Part shown: positions 48,170-61,200 of the stretch, piece by piece
Numbering within the stretch: position 1 is the stretch's first letter
Layout of the letters: every line of letters begins with the position of its first letter
NCBI GenBank assembly: GCA_032718475.1
Contig: JAUCBJ010006897.1
Coordinates: 1-64,000, forward strand
From: Nemertoderma westbladi
Taxonomy: Eukaryota; Animalia; Xenacoelomorpha
Length of the DNA: 64,000 nucleotides
Direction of reading: 5' to 3'
The notes under the pieces: model-generated
Seen by the model: only the letters and a program-made list of their open reading frames with translations
Database searches by the model: none
What the model was told of the DNA's origin: nothing
Made by a program: the position numbers and the translations under genes

Positions 48170-48312
48170 ACTGTTCGCAGGAGGAAGTGGTGAGATCGGG
48201 GCTACTGGGTGACAGAGTGGAGTCTTGCGCCGATCTCCTTCAAGAACTCGGATGTTTCAGGGCCAGGGCGGCCCAAGGTCTCCTAGGCTACCGGATGGAA
48301 GAGGTATGAAGA
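48170..48312 (-). pseudogene. CRE-like non-LTR retrotransposon restriction-like endonuclease fragment (not in the ORF track)
   Basis: Manual translation SYLFHPVA*ETLGRPGPETSEFLKEIGARLHSVTQ*PRSHHFLL matches the F.PVA.ETLG..GP....FL.E.G.RL...T..PR...FL C-terminal signature. Confidence 0.78.
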
Positions 48313-50539
48313 ACCACAATAAAATAAATATTGATATTTATCCCACAATTGTGATCTACAGATTCCTCCTGCTCCAGCTCAGTACCGGTACCTCAAACAT
48401 TACAAAATTTCGAACAAATATCGTAATCCAATATTAGACCAGTTTTCTGTGAAATTACGAAAGGTGCGCCATAGAGAGACTGAAATCCTTGTTTCATATA
48501 TGTCCCATCAGAATAATCTGCACAAATCATATCATCTTCCCTCATGGCACAGTTAAACATGATAGCTCTCACTAATGATTCTGCCGCATCTGCAATTTGT
48601 TTTACATATTGTATTGTCCATTGCGAGAGTTCTGAACAGGGTTTTCTAAACTGCAGTTTTGCTGCAGTACCGGTACTGCTACTGCAATCTGCAAAATCTA
48701 TCTATAATAATTCTGTAATTATATCAATTTATCAAGAGATTAAATAATATTGTATAATCTGAGGCGAATCGGAGCAGCAATAAGGCTGCTTAGCGATAGT
48801 CCAGGCATTATTCAAAAAAATGGAAAGAAAAACCAATACGAAAAAAAAAGGAAATTAAAAACTGGTATTGAAGAAAAAGATAATAAAAACCAGTAAGAAA
48901 AAGGCAAGTAAATCATGATAATTAAAAAGGAAAGTCAAACCTTATATAGGTAATAATGAAAGAGTTTTACGTTTGTACGGTACTGTTACGGTACTCTGAT
49001 TGTAGGAGTACATTGGGGTGCAATTTGCGTTGGATTTCTAATGCTTGTGGGATACATGACATTGAGTGAGTACCTTAGGCCTGCTTTAATTAAAAACCTA
49101 AATTATGCAATAATTACTGATGACCAGTTATGGAGAGTTAATAAGTCGGGAATTAGGGGGTATTTTGCACGGAGCACTCTAACTGTGGAGGGCTTCAGTA
49201 AGGAAGAACTACAGGATATTCATAACGTTGTTTCATCTTATTAAATTCACTCGGTTATTTACAAGAATCGGTTCCCCTTATCGTGGTTATTTTTCATTTT
49301 TTGTGAATTTTCATCTTAAATTTCCATCTTAAATTTCTAACTAATTTTTTTGTTTTTTTTGTTTTGTGTGGTTGAATTTATTTTACCCTCTATTTTTGTG
49401 TTGTTAGTTAGTGTTATAATTACTTTTTTCATCTGTTGTGTGCTCTATTTACATCTTATAGTTACATACTGTACTGCCTATTGTACTACCCTCCTTAGGG
49501 TATGTATATAATAATAATAATTAATAATAATATTATGTATAATAATTACATAATATATGTAATTATAATATTATTTTTATATGATTATATAATTAATTAA
49601 TTTCTTCTTCTCCTGCACGTCCACCTTCGTTGGTGTGACGGGATCAAGGGATCCCGACCGGGTTAAGTTTGTACGCATCACAGCAGGCTGATGGGTGGAT
49701 GTGGAAAAGTTGGAGTTTGATGTTCCTTCATTCATATAATATAAAGAGTAATGATAGCGAAATTGGATAACCGATAATGGTGAATAATAAATCAGTATAT
49801 GACAGCACCGCGATGACGGTAAGACTATAATGCCAGTCTGCACTGAAACTAACAACTGAGTAAACTGAATAGTAAATCAGTATCAAGGGTGGGACAGTAG
49901 AGTCAGGAACTCATACCGGTATCATAAACAATTTCAAAATCAGTTTGGTTATTTTATATTATTTAATTCCCTTGTATGGTTTAAATTTCCCGCCTTTTGC
50001 TCATTTGATAATATAAACAACAAGAGGGTATTAAATCAGTATGTATGAGATAATATACGACACACCAATATTACTTCACTGCTACATTACTTTGGCCTCT
50101 TACCTAGTGGATGCTCTCCCTCGCCCCTATTGGCTAATAACCTACTTCACGCCTCTCCACTCTCTGGGAGTGTTTCCCCCCCCGTCGCTGGCCCCTGCTA
50201 GCTGTCTCCCCTACCGAGGTGGTTTGACCTCTAACCTCCCTTTGTTCGTGGCTTTGGGGTTGTACTGTCCCCGATGTTGGTTGTGATACGAGATTAGTTA
50301 CTGCTAATCTCGTATCTCCGACATATTGCTGAAAATGCCACTTCCCATTTTATGAGGGTAATGCGGCAGAATTGAATCCGCTTACAGTTGGCGTTGGTGG
50401 CGCCAAAATTTGAGAGTGGCGTTGCGGGAAGGATGGCAAAGCAAGACTATATAAATGTTAATTAGTTTGTGTAGGTTTACGCTAGGATAGTGTTAGGTTT
50501 GTCTAGGGCTTGGTTAGCAAGCAAACAGTCAGCTGAAGC

Positions 50540-51010
50540 CGGAGGCGACCAGAAGGCTCCTCTTTCGCTACCGCAAAACTACCGCTACCCGAGAACAAGG
50601 GGATGGTACTCACGAGGCTTCGCAAACTGAAGCAAACACTGAAACGGAGCCCCGAGAAGGATGAGTACATCCATAAGATGATAAAGAAGTACGTTGAGAA
50701 AGGATGAGCTGTGGAGTTGCCGGTCGACGAACCAAACACGGACATGACCTACTACTACTTGCCACTTCATGTGGCTCTATACCCAAAGAAGGGTAAACTG
50801 CGGATGGTGGTTGATGCATCGGCTAAAACCAACGGCAAGAGCCTAAACGACTATCTGCTGGAGGGCCCCAATATCTACAACTCGGGGATAGAGGTCTTGT
50901 TGATATTTAGCACGTCTTCACCTGCGACATCAACGGCATGTTCAACCAAGTCCGTGTGATGGAGGAGGACAGTGACAGCCAGCACTTCCTATGGTACAAT
51001 GGCGACGAGG
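50540..51010 (+). pseudogene. BEL/Pao reverse transcriptase fragment
   Basis: YYLPLHVALYPKKGKLRMVVDASAKTNGKSLNDYLLEGPN, then after a frameshift HVFTCDINGMFNQVRVMEEDSDSQHFLWY. Confidence 0.88.
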
Positions 51011-51256
51011 AACATAGGTCTAACAGCTCAACACGTTCGGAGAATTTACACATCGTGGACAATGTAATGTTTCAAATCCTTTAACAATTCGTCGACAAAG
51101 CATTCAGTTCTCAATATCAAATAAATTAAAAACATACGCGAATAGCACAACACCAGTTCTTCATGTAATTGAAGTAGTTTACTTACTAATTAAAACACTG
51201 ATTGATACCTGGCACATATATTCTAGATCGTATACTCAGTTTTTGTGAGGTCTTAA

Positions 51257-53663
51257 CCCTATTAGTACCGGGCTATAAAATGCTGTACAAATACCGGGGG
51301 GGGGGGGGGTCATATTGACCCCTCCCTCTAAAATCTACAAATATTAACGAAAACGTCTGATTTTTTGTTTGTACGTAGGTATCACTAGTCTGGATCCGAC
51401 CAAAAAAAAAATTTTCAAAAAAATGGACTGGAGTGGTAATATTGCAGCACCAAAATTACAAGTAGTGCACAATTTTCACAAAATTTGAAAGTTATATTTT
51501 TCGGCTAATTGTTTTTCAATACAGGTTTTCTGGGGCGCAAAATACATTGGAAAATATTTAAAAATGATATGATTACCATAAATGGCTGTTTAGTCCTCTA
51601 TGCGTAGGAAAAAATGAAAAAAACAAGTAACCAGCACTTTTCAGTTAGAACAAAAAATTTTTAATTCACTTATACGATGCTATAAATTCACATTTTTAGG
51701 TTTTCTAGGGCGCTGATTCTAATGGAATACATTTCAAATATTCTAGATCATTGCTACTTGTATTTTTCGGCGTAATTTGAAAAATTTTGGTGCTAGCACC
51801 AAATTTTGTACTCATCACCAAAAAGTACAAGTTTGCGATGTCCAGTGCTGTTTTTATTGTTTCCATCGGATTCAGGACCCTCATAAACCCGTATAACGCA
51901 AGAAACAAGATGATACTATCTACTGATCAATTTACTCATTTTCCAAAATTTGGTGCAAAACAACAATTTTCACCCACCGGCGAAAAATACAAGTTTGAAA
52001 ACTCTTATGAAATTTTTACTGATTCCATTGAATTCAGAACCCTAACAAACCCGTATAACGCAAGAAACAAGATGACACAATCAATTGACATATTTGATGG
52101 TTTTCAAAATTTGGTGCTAGCACCACATTTTGCACCCACTTCCGAAAAATACAAGTTTGAGATGTCAAGTTCGATAATTATATATTCCATTGAATTCAGA
52201 ACAGCCATAAACCTCTAAAATGCAAGAAATAAATTGTCACAAGCAATTTTATCTATTGAATGGATTTTCAAAATTTCGTGCTAGCACCAAAATTTGCACC
52301 CACCACCGAAAAATACAAGTTTGATACGCTTGGTGCAACTCGTATATATTTCATCGAAACCAGAACCCCAAAATACCCCAATTGCGTAAAAAACAAGTTT
52401 CAAACAATCAATTTACAAAATTGACATATTTCAAAATTTGGTGCTGGCACCAAAATTTGGCACTCGCCGAAAAAAACAAGTTTGAAATTTCTAAATCAAT
52501 TTATATGAATTCCATCCAATTGCTAACACCAAAAAACCGGTGTAAATAAAAAATAGAGATGTTACAATTAATATTTAATGAAATGTAATTTTCAAAAAAC
52601 GTCTCAAAAAAAGTGCCAAAAGTAGGGTTAAAAAATGGTGCTATAACTCGAAAACTACCCAATATTTTTGAAAACGGTTTTCACTACTAGGAAGACAATA
52701 GATTTTTAGGAAAAGTCATAAAATTTCAGAATTCCAACTGCGTTTGTTTCAGAATTATAATAAAAAAACCACGGGAGGGGTCATATTGACCCCCCCCCGG
52801 GTTTACCCTATTCCACCTGGGCTCTTTTGTCCGAGATTCCACCTGGGGTTGGGCATAATATGCCCAACAGTTTATTATACACTAAAAAGTAATGATAATT
52901 TTATCAAAACTTTCCAAATTTTTGCAGGTTTATAGAAAAATATATAATGCATCTGTTCTGAGTTTTATATATTCATAATTTAAAATAATATATCCATATA
53001 AATTAATTATCATGAAGATAACCAATTATAGTAAAAAGATGAGATAATACTATACATACTCCTCCAAACACCACTGTCTGCCTAACTCTGCCAGACATCC
53101 CAAGTGAAAATTTTGCTTGCAGGGGTGCTGTTATTGAATAGATTTATTCACCTCTGTTTATGTCTGCTGTATTACATTAGGAATATACTGGGTTCAATGG
53201 TGGTTGTTGTTTTATCCTAGTAGACATATTGCTTGCTTATCTGTCAGTTTAGTATTTTGTTATTAAAAAATATTGTGATTGATGTGTACTAATCCAAGCA
53301 GTAGACAATCTAGTGTTTGAATTTAACTTTACAACCCAGCCAAGTGAATGTCCTGGACCGTAATTGGTTGCATTCTAGCTTGTTGACCAGGGGAACTATC
53401 CAACCAGGGATTATCTTTTCTACCAGTTAGGCTAATAAAGATATTATAATAAAAAAATGTGACTATGATATGAAAAACACACCATAGCTCAAAAAGTATA
53501 AATGATAAAAAAATATATTTTGTTACCATCAGAAAGCCAATTAAATTCTAGGAAAAGTCAATGAATTTCATAATAATACATAAAAATCATCATCATGAAT
53601 TTCTAAAAATAATAAGTGTTGGGCAGATTCTGCCCAACCCCAGGTGGAATAGGGTTAATAGGG
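51257..53663. mobile_element. Second, inverted copy of the piggyBac-type element, with another MITE inserted in its terminus
   Basis: TTAA at 51253-51256 and 53664-53667. 51257-52805 is the reverse complement of the 26661-28212 element, with scattered substitutions. Confidence 0.9.
52806..53654. mobile_element. 849-bp piggyBac-type MITE
   Basis: TIR CCCTATTCCACCTGGG ... CCCAGGTGGAATAGGG, followed by TTAA (53655-53658). The left flank reads TTTA. Confidence 0.85.
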
Positions 53664-54537
53664 TTAAACTATCTGCAGTTACCAAGTCTGACTTAAGGGG
53701 GTAAAAGTGATGCTTTATAAGTAGATGGAAATCTGCTTATAGGCCTATTTTGTTTATAATTATTTTGAGTTGACACTTAACATAAGTTTATATAATGTGC
53801 TTTGCAAGCCCAAGGCCACACTTCGTGTATTATGTATAATTTATTGTTGAAAAGGCCCTTCAAAAGTTCTTAAGCCTTGACGATTAGATATTTAACCCCC
53901 CCTAGCGGTAGACTGTGGAATTGCACAATGCCACAAAATGTCCCATTTCGTTGAGACACAGTCCATAGGTCCTTATGAACAGTTTCATCATTATAAGTTG
54001 AAATTATAATGAAATAAACATATAATAATAATAATTATGCGGACCAAAGGAGCTTCATGACCCCCTTGACGTGATATCCAAGACATTTGGGCAGACAATA
54101 TCGGATGCAACAATTATAAAAATGTATTGTTTTATAGAAAATATATATTTTTGTATCAAATTATTGTATACGAACTAAAATTATATACGAATTAAAACAA
54201 AATCAAATTCAATGTAAAATTACAATTGCACACAACCAAGCCCTTTCCAATATATAAAAAAAACTGCCATCCACCCACACCACAAGCACAGCACAATGAA
54301 CAAAACCTAACACGCACCACATTGCACCGAAATATCAATTTTAGCACATATTATTATTGACAACATTTAACAATCGTATTCGCACAGTTATTTTTACAAG
54401 CAAATGATTTAAACAATATTATCAGATTGATTAGCATTATTACCTAGGATTTACATTTTATAGTCAATAATTCATAACTATTCAAAAGACAAATTATTAC
54501 GATATTTCCTCACACTGTATTGCTTTACAGTAAAGTA

Positions 54538-54849
54538 TTACTTCTGGGATGCTTTCCTTTGAAGTTTCATTACATTAAATCTACTTTTAATTTGGGTCAG
54601 TGTCATCTGAGGAAATATGGGTGCTGCAGACCTTAGTCTTCTATCAGTCATGCGACATATGCCTTCTAGCTCCCTAGCAAAATGTTCTTTTAACTTAGAA
54701 TTCTGTGCAGAAGTCCATACCACATTAGATCTCTTGCTTGATCCAACGGTTTGATTTAATACTTTGGAAAGATTTATCTTGGAATTGCCACACTCACAAT
54801 TAGTATTTTCTTCCCTTGACTTAATGAGTGAACCTTCAGAATCACTCAA
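54538..54849 (-). pseudogene. ORF fragment with a Myb/homeodomain-like C-terminus
   Basis: SKRSNVVWTSAQNSKLKEHF...FPQMTLTQIKSRFNVMK has W-T/helix-turn-helix-like spacing. Confidence 0.4.
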
Positions 54850-54854
54850 CTGAT

Positions 54855-54928
54855 ACTACTACTACTACTACTAGGATCGGCATGCTGCACTGCAGCTGCA
54901 TTTTTAAGAATGCTGTGCCGGCTTATCG
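54855..54928 (-). mobile_element. ~75-bp extreme 3' end of the RTE LINE with (TAG)n tail
   Basis: ACTACTACTACTAGGATCGGCATGCTGCACTGCAGCTGCATTTTTAAGAATGCTGTGCCGGCTT is nearly identical to 16682-16740. Confidence 0.88.
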
Positions 54929-55354
54929 ACTCTGTAATTCTCTGCTGCGTTCCACAGCGTTAAAGTAATCTCGTGTTTTGTGGAGTCACGAAGAGTCCAC
55001 TCTAAGAGTTTTAATGCTTCTCCCTTGGCCGATTCTCGCTCTATCTCCTCAACGTCAACCAGAAAGGCCTTTATTGGACCTGAAAGATAAATTAAAAACA
55101 TATTAACAGCCAGGAAATTAACGATTTTCTTTTGATGACAATTTGTAAACTAATGAACTTGCGAATCTTGATATTATTATAGCTACTTGAAAAATAATGC
55201 GAGCAAAATATTGTATATTTCTGATATTATTTCTCGTGATATTTTTCAATACAACCGAATGAAATAAACATGGTGGATAAATAAATATGCTTGCTTACCT
55301 TTTATATACGATCCCACTTTCCGTGTAACAAAGATAGTGAAATCTGTGATGTTC
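54929..55354 (-). pseudogene. RPA70-like OB-fold gene fragment, two exons (~55354-55299 and ~55079-54929)
   Basis: GPIKAFLVDVEEIERE...LLEWTLRDSTKHEITLTLWNAAE resembles the L.D.S...I.LTLW strand of RPA1 OB folds. Donor AG|GTAAGC and acceptor TTTCAG|GT flank an AT-rich intron. Confidence 0.55.
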
Positions 55355-55748
55355 ATTGGGGAACAACTAATTTGATAATATACTGTAAGTAAATAATATA
55401 CACTTTAAATACCTGAACGAAATAAAATTATTTGAATGTTTAGCATAAAAAGTGATATTTATAAGGCCTTGAAGTTGTATGTGCTAACGAATGCCATACA
55501 ATCAGCTGTAGCCAATCAAGATAGCGTCTAATTATCACTTCAGTTGACATCTAGATACATTGGGCAATATTCAATTTGATGGTTTGCTATCATGGTGAAA
55601 CGCGAAATTGGTTGACTTCAGCACATTATCATTATATTAATTTGCTTCAGAGATGCAGAGCAATGGCAAATTATATGGCTAACAACAGTGATATTAGTTT
55701 ATTTGGTTCCAGTAATATGCAATCGAATCCCTCTAAATTAAATTACAA

Positions 55749-56643
55749 GGTAATGGTGAAAAATATCGAGACTTGAAAAATATCGAGAGTAAAAATGATG
55801 AGAATAAAAATAACGAGAGTAAAAATAACGAGTGTTGAAAATTAACGTGATTAAAAAATATCGAGAGTAAAAATAATGCGAGATGAAAAATATCGAAAAT
55901 AACGAGTGTTGAAAAATATCGAGAGTAAAAATATCGAGCTGTCAGGAGTAAAACACTAGAACACATTTTTTTGTACTAGAACATTTTTAGGAAAACAATT
56001 ATCATACAACCCTTATTAAAAATAATTGTTACTATCGATATTTTTACTCTCGATATTTTTCAACACTCGATATTTTTACTCTCGATATTTTTAAACACTC
56101 GATATTTTTCAACACTCGATATTTTTCAACACTCGATATTTGTACTCTCGATATTTTTCAACACTCGATATTTTTACTCTCGATATTTTTCAACACTCGA
56201 TATTTTTACTCTCAATATTTTTACTCTCGATATTCTTCAACACTCGATATTTTTACTCTCGATATTTTTACTCTCGATACTTTTCAACACTCTATATTTT
56301 TCCACACTCGATATTTGTACTCTCTATATTTTGCAACACTCGATATTCTTACTCTCGATATTTTTCAACGCTCGATATTTTTTTTTACTCTCGATATTTT
56401 TTGAACTCACGATATTATCGTTATTTTTCAACACTCGATATTTTTACTCTCGATATTTTCAACACTCTATATTTTTCCACAATCGATATTTGTACTCTCG
56501 ATATTTTTCAACACTCTATATTTTTCCACACTCGATATTTGTACTCTCGATATTTTTTGAACTCTCGATATTATCATTATTTTTCAACACTCGATATTTT
56601 TACTCTCGATATTTTTCATGTCTCGATATTTTTCAACATAACC
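55749..56643. mobile_element. Foldback-type non-autonomous TIR element (MULE- or Merlin-like)
   Basis: Ends GGTAATGGTGAAAAATATCGAGA / TCTCGATATTTTTCAACATAACC (2 mismatches). Opposed arrays of AAAAATATCGAG (left) and CTCGATATTTTT (right). Flanks AATTACAA / AATTAAAA form an 8-bp target duplication with 1 mismatch. Confidence 0.8.
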
Positions 56644-57611
56644 AATTAAAAATAATAATTTATTGGGACAATATTTTTTATTTTTGGAGAGAGTATATAT
56701 TAAATTGATAGTTGATATTTTAATATGCTGCATGCATAAAATAAACTTGCATGAAAGAATCCTTCTAATAACCGAATCAACCCTTCTTGCATGGAAATAA
56801 ACTAGTTATATACATATGTCCATCATATGGTGGGTGGCTTTTTATATTTTAATTTATTTTTAACACGTATTTGTTTTTAATAACACAAGTTTAGACGAGA
56901 TAATGATAATGAAAAGGGCAGACATTGCATTATGAACTGAGAAAGTGAGTAGTATCACATATAATGGGGGCTAAACGTTACACCTACACCTACTTGTAGG
57001 CAGTTTAGTAAAGAAGCAGGTTACAGAAGCGAGTTGAATGTAACCAACACAATAAATGAGAGATAGGAAACATTTATTTAATTGATAATCAGCAGTTTGA
57101 GGATCAACAGTGAGATGTATTGGCTTACCGGCAGACAGGTATATGTACTGTATGTGTAGGCGTGTCTAGGCATTTGCTGTAAGAGTAGGCGTAGAGTTTA
57201 CCCCCCATATAATGGGGTTCTTGGAAAACACGCAACGCAACGCAATGGCGCAATATAACTTAACATAGTTTATTTAATTTCGCGCCATTTAATTATACTG
57301 AAGATCGTACTGCACCTTTGCGATGAATGAGGTGAGATTTTGGCCACTCGGGGATCCAGATTTAGTTTACGGGGTAGGTAACCGAACATACAAATTATAT
57401 TATTTGTGATATATTGTTTTTAAGTACAGTATAGGATAGGCACAATGGGTCAAGGCCCGGTGAAATGTAAAGAATAATAATAGTTGTATCGGTACGTTTT
57501 ATAATTCATTAATTAACTTGTATATTATAATAGTATGATAGCAAAATATAATCATTTAAGTATTTTAATTAAGATTATTTCATAAGAGTTTAGAACTATA
57601 AGATAATCAAG

Positions 57612-58272
57612 TCAAGACAATTTTGTGAGATCATTAAGTCGATCAATTTCTCTAGACTGTTCTTTTAGAGGTTTATACTTCATTGTAAATTTCCGACTCA
57701 ACTCTATTAGAAGGTGAAGGCCACGCAAAGATTTTACACGTGATAATGCAACATATGCCCCCCTGTCCATTGAAGGAGCTCCAGCCGGATTCACCCCAGT
57801 CTCTATATCTATTATAATGGCTTCCAAGGTAAGACCTTGCACATTGTAAACAGTTAGAGCATACGCTGGACTTATGGGGATTTGCTTTAAATTGACAGAG
57901 AAGGTAAATGATTTTGTTACCTTGATTCTAACAGTTTGTTTGGAAAAAGTTAAAGGAAAACATCCTAAACGTACGATCTCGAACTCAACTGTACATTTTT
58001 GAAAGATAGGTTCGATAATTATGAATTCGGGAACACGAGATGCGCGTTTCACAATTGTAGAGCTGCCTGGAGCATAGAATTCATCAATAAATGTTGTATC
58101 CTTTGGGAATTGAACGCCCTTCACTCTGCCAATGGTTCCATTTGCTATCCCTATTTCAACGGCAATGTTTTGAATTACAATAATTGGCATATCATAAAAT
58201 ATATCAATAAGCAGTGGTAGGCCTTCGCATTGGTCATCGCGCATGTACTGGAGAAGTTTCTTTTCAATGTTT
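57612..58272 (-). pseudogene. PIF1-family (Helitron-type) SF1B helicase, C-terminal fragment
   Basis: MPIIVIQNIAVEIGIANGTIGRV, QIPISPAYALTVYNVQGLTL and AYVALSRVKSL correspond to PIF1 motifs IV-VI. The 5' part is replaced by the 19-bp satellite. Confidence 0.88.
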
Positions 58273-61200
58273 AGGATCTAAGTTCACTTCCAGGATCTAA
58301 TTTCGCTTCCAGGATCTAAGTTCGCTTCCAGGATCTAAGTTCGCTTCCAGGATCTAAGTTCGCTTCCAGGATCTAAGTTCGCTTCCAGGATCTAAGTTCG
58401 CTTCCAGTATCTAAGTTCGCCTCCAGGATCTAAGTTCAGATCTTGGTTCGTTCAATTCCAGGATCTAAGTTCGCTTCCAGGATCTAAGTTCGCTTCCAGG
58501 ATCTAAGTTCGCTTCCAGGATCTAAGTTCGCCTCCAGGATCTAAGTTCAGATCTTGGTTCGTTCAATTCCAGGATCTAAGTTCGCTTCCAGGATCTAAGT
58601 TCGCTTCCAGGATCTAAGTTCGCCTACAGGATCTAAGTTCAGATCTTGGTTCTAAGTTCATTTCCAGGATCTAAGTTGGCTTCCAAGATCTAAGTTCACT
58701 TCCAGGATCTAAGTTCGCTTCCAGGATCTAAGTTCGCTTCCAGGATCTAAGTTCGCCTCCGGGATCTAAGTTCGCCTCCGGGATCTAAGTTCGCTTCCAG
58801 GATCTAAGTTCGCCTCCAGGATCTAAGTTCACTTCCAGGATCTAAGTTCGCTTCCAGGATCTAAGTTCGCTTCCAGGATCTAAGTTCGCCTCCGGGATCT
58901 AAGTTCGCTTCCAGGATCTAAGTTCGCCTCCAGGATCTAAGTTCACTTCCAGGATCTAAGTTCGCTTCCAGGATCTAAGTTCGCTTCCAGGATCTAAGTT
59001 CGCCTCCGGGATCTAAGTTCGCTTCCAGGATCTAAGTTCGCCTCCGGGATCTAAGTTCGCTTCCAGGATCTAAGTTCGCCTCCGGGATCTAAGTTCGCTT
59101 CCAGGATCTAAGTTCGCCTCCGGGATCTAAGTTCGCTTCCAGGATCTAAGTTCGCCTCCGGGATCTAAGTTCGCTTCCAGGATCTAAGTTTGCCTCCGGG
59201 ATCTAAGTTCGCTTCCAGGATCTAAGTTCGCCTCCGGGATCTAAGTTCGCTTCCAGGATCTAAGTTCGCCTCCGGGATCTAAGTTCGCTTCCAGGATCTA
59301 AGTTCGCCTCCGGGATCTAAGTTCGCTTCCAGGATCTAAGTTCGCCTCCGGGATCTAAGTTCGCTTCCAGGATCTAAGTTCACCTCCGGGATCTAAGTTT
59401 GCTTCCAGGATCTAAGTTCGCTTCCAGGATCTAAGTTCGCCTCCAGGATCTAAGTTCAGATATTGGTTCTAAGTTCACTTTCAGGATCTAAGTTCGCTTC
59501 CAGGATCTAAGTTCGCCTCCAGGATCTAAGTTCAGATATTGGTTCTAAGTTCACTTTCAGGATCTAAGTTCGCTTCCAGGATCTAAGTTCGCTTCCAGGA
59601 TCTAAGTTCGCTTCCAGGATCTAAGTTCGCTTCCAGGATCTAAGTTCGCTTCCAGGATCTAATTCGCCTCCAGGATCTAAGTTCAGATCTTGGTTCGTTC
59701 AATTCCAGGATCTAAGTTCGCTTCCAGGATCTAAGTTCGCTTCCAGGATCTAAGTTCGCCTCCGGGATCTAAGTTCGCTTCCATTATCTAAGTTCGCCTC
59801 CGGGATCTAAGTTCGCTTCCAGGATCTAAGTTCGCTTCCAGGATCTAAGTTCGCTTCCAGGATCTAGGTTCGCCTCCAGGATCTAAGTTCAGATCTTGGT
59901 TCGTTCAATTCCAGGATCTAAGTTCGCTTCCAGGATCTAAGTTCGCTTCCAGGATCTAAGTTCGCCTACAGGATCTAAGTTCAGATCTTGGTTCTAAGTT
60001 CACTTCCAGGATCTAAGTTGGCTTCCAGGATCTAAGTTCACTTCCAGGATCTAAGTTCGCTTCCAGGATCTAAGTTGGCTTCCAGGATCTAAGTTCACTT
60101 CCAGGATCTAAGTTCACTTCCAGGATCTAAGTTCGCTTCCAGGATCTAAGTTCGCTTCCAGGATCTAAGTTCGCCTCCTGGATCTAAGTTCAGATCTTGG
60201 TTCGTTCAATTCCAGGATCTAAGTTCGCTTCCAGGATCTAAGTTCGCTTCCAGGATCTAAGTTCGCTTCCAGGATCTAAGTTCGCCTCCAGGATCTAAGT
60301 TCAGATCTTGGTTCGTTCAATTCCAGGATCTAAGTTCGCTTCCAGGATCTAAGTTCGCTTCCAGGATCTAAGTTCGCCTACAGGATCTAAGTTCAGATCT
60401 TGGTTCTAAGTTCACTTCCAGGATCTAAGTTCGCTTCAAGGTTCTAAATTCACTTCCAGGATCTAAGTTCGTCTTTAGGATCTAAGTTCGCTTCCAGGAT
60501 CTAAGTTCAGATATTGGTTCTAAGTTCGCTTCCAGGATCTAAGTTCGTTTCCTGGATCTAAGTTCGCTTCCAGGATCTAAGTTCGCTTCCAAGATCTAAG
60601 TTCGCTTCCAGGATCTAAATTCGCTTCCAGGTTCTAAGTTCACTTCCAGGGTTTAAATTAACATCAAGGATCTAAGTTCGACTTTAGGATCTCAGTTCGC
60701 TTCCAGGATCTAAGTTCAGATCTTGGTTCTAAGTTCACTTCCAGGATCTAAGTTCGCTTCCAGGATCTGAGTTCGCCTTCAGGATCTACGTTTACATCTA
60801 GTTTCTAAGTTCGCTTCCAGGATCTAAGTTCGCCTCCGGGATCTAAATTCGCTTCCAGGATCTAAGTTCGCCTCCAGGATCTAAGCTCAGATCTTGGTTC
60901 GTTCACTTCCAGGATCTAAGTCCACTTCCAGGATCTAAGTTCGTCACCAGGATCTAAGTTCAGATCTTGGTTCTAACTTCACTTCCAGGATCTAAGTTCG
61001 CTTCCAGGATCTAAGTTCGCTTCCAGGTTCTAAGTTCGCTTCCAGGATCTAAGATTGCCTCAAGGATCTAAGTTCAGATATTGGTTCTAAGTTCACTTAC
61101 AGGATCTAAGTTCGCTTCCAGGATCTAAGTTCGCTTCCAGGATCAAAGTTCGTTTCCAGGATCTAAGTTCGCTTCCTGGATCTAAGTTCGCTTCCAGGAT

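Noticed and set aside
56140-56708. ORFs with YSRYFSTLDIF repeats
   Set aside because: Translation of the subterminal repeat array of the foldback element.
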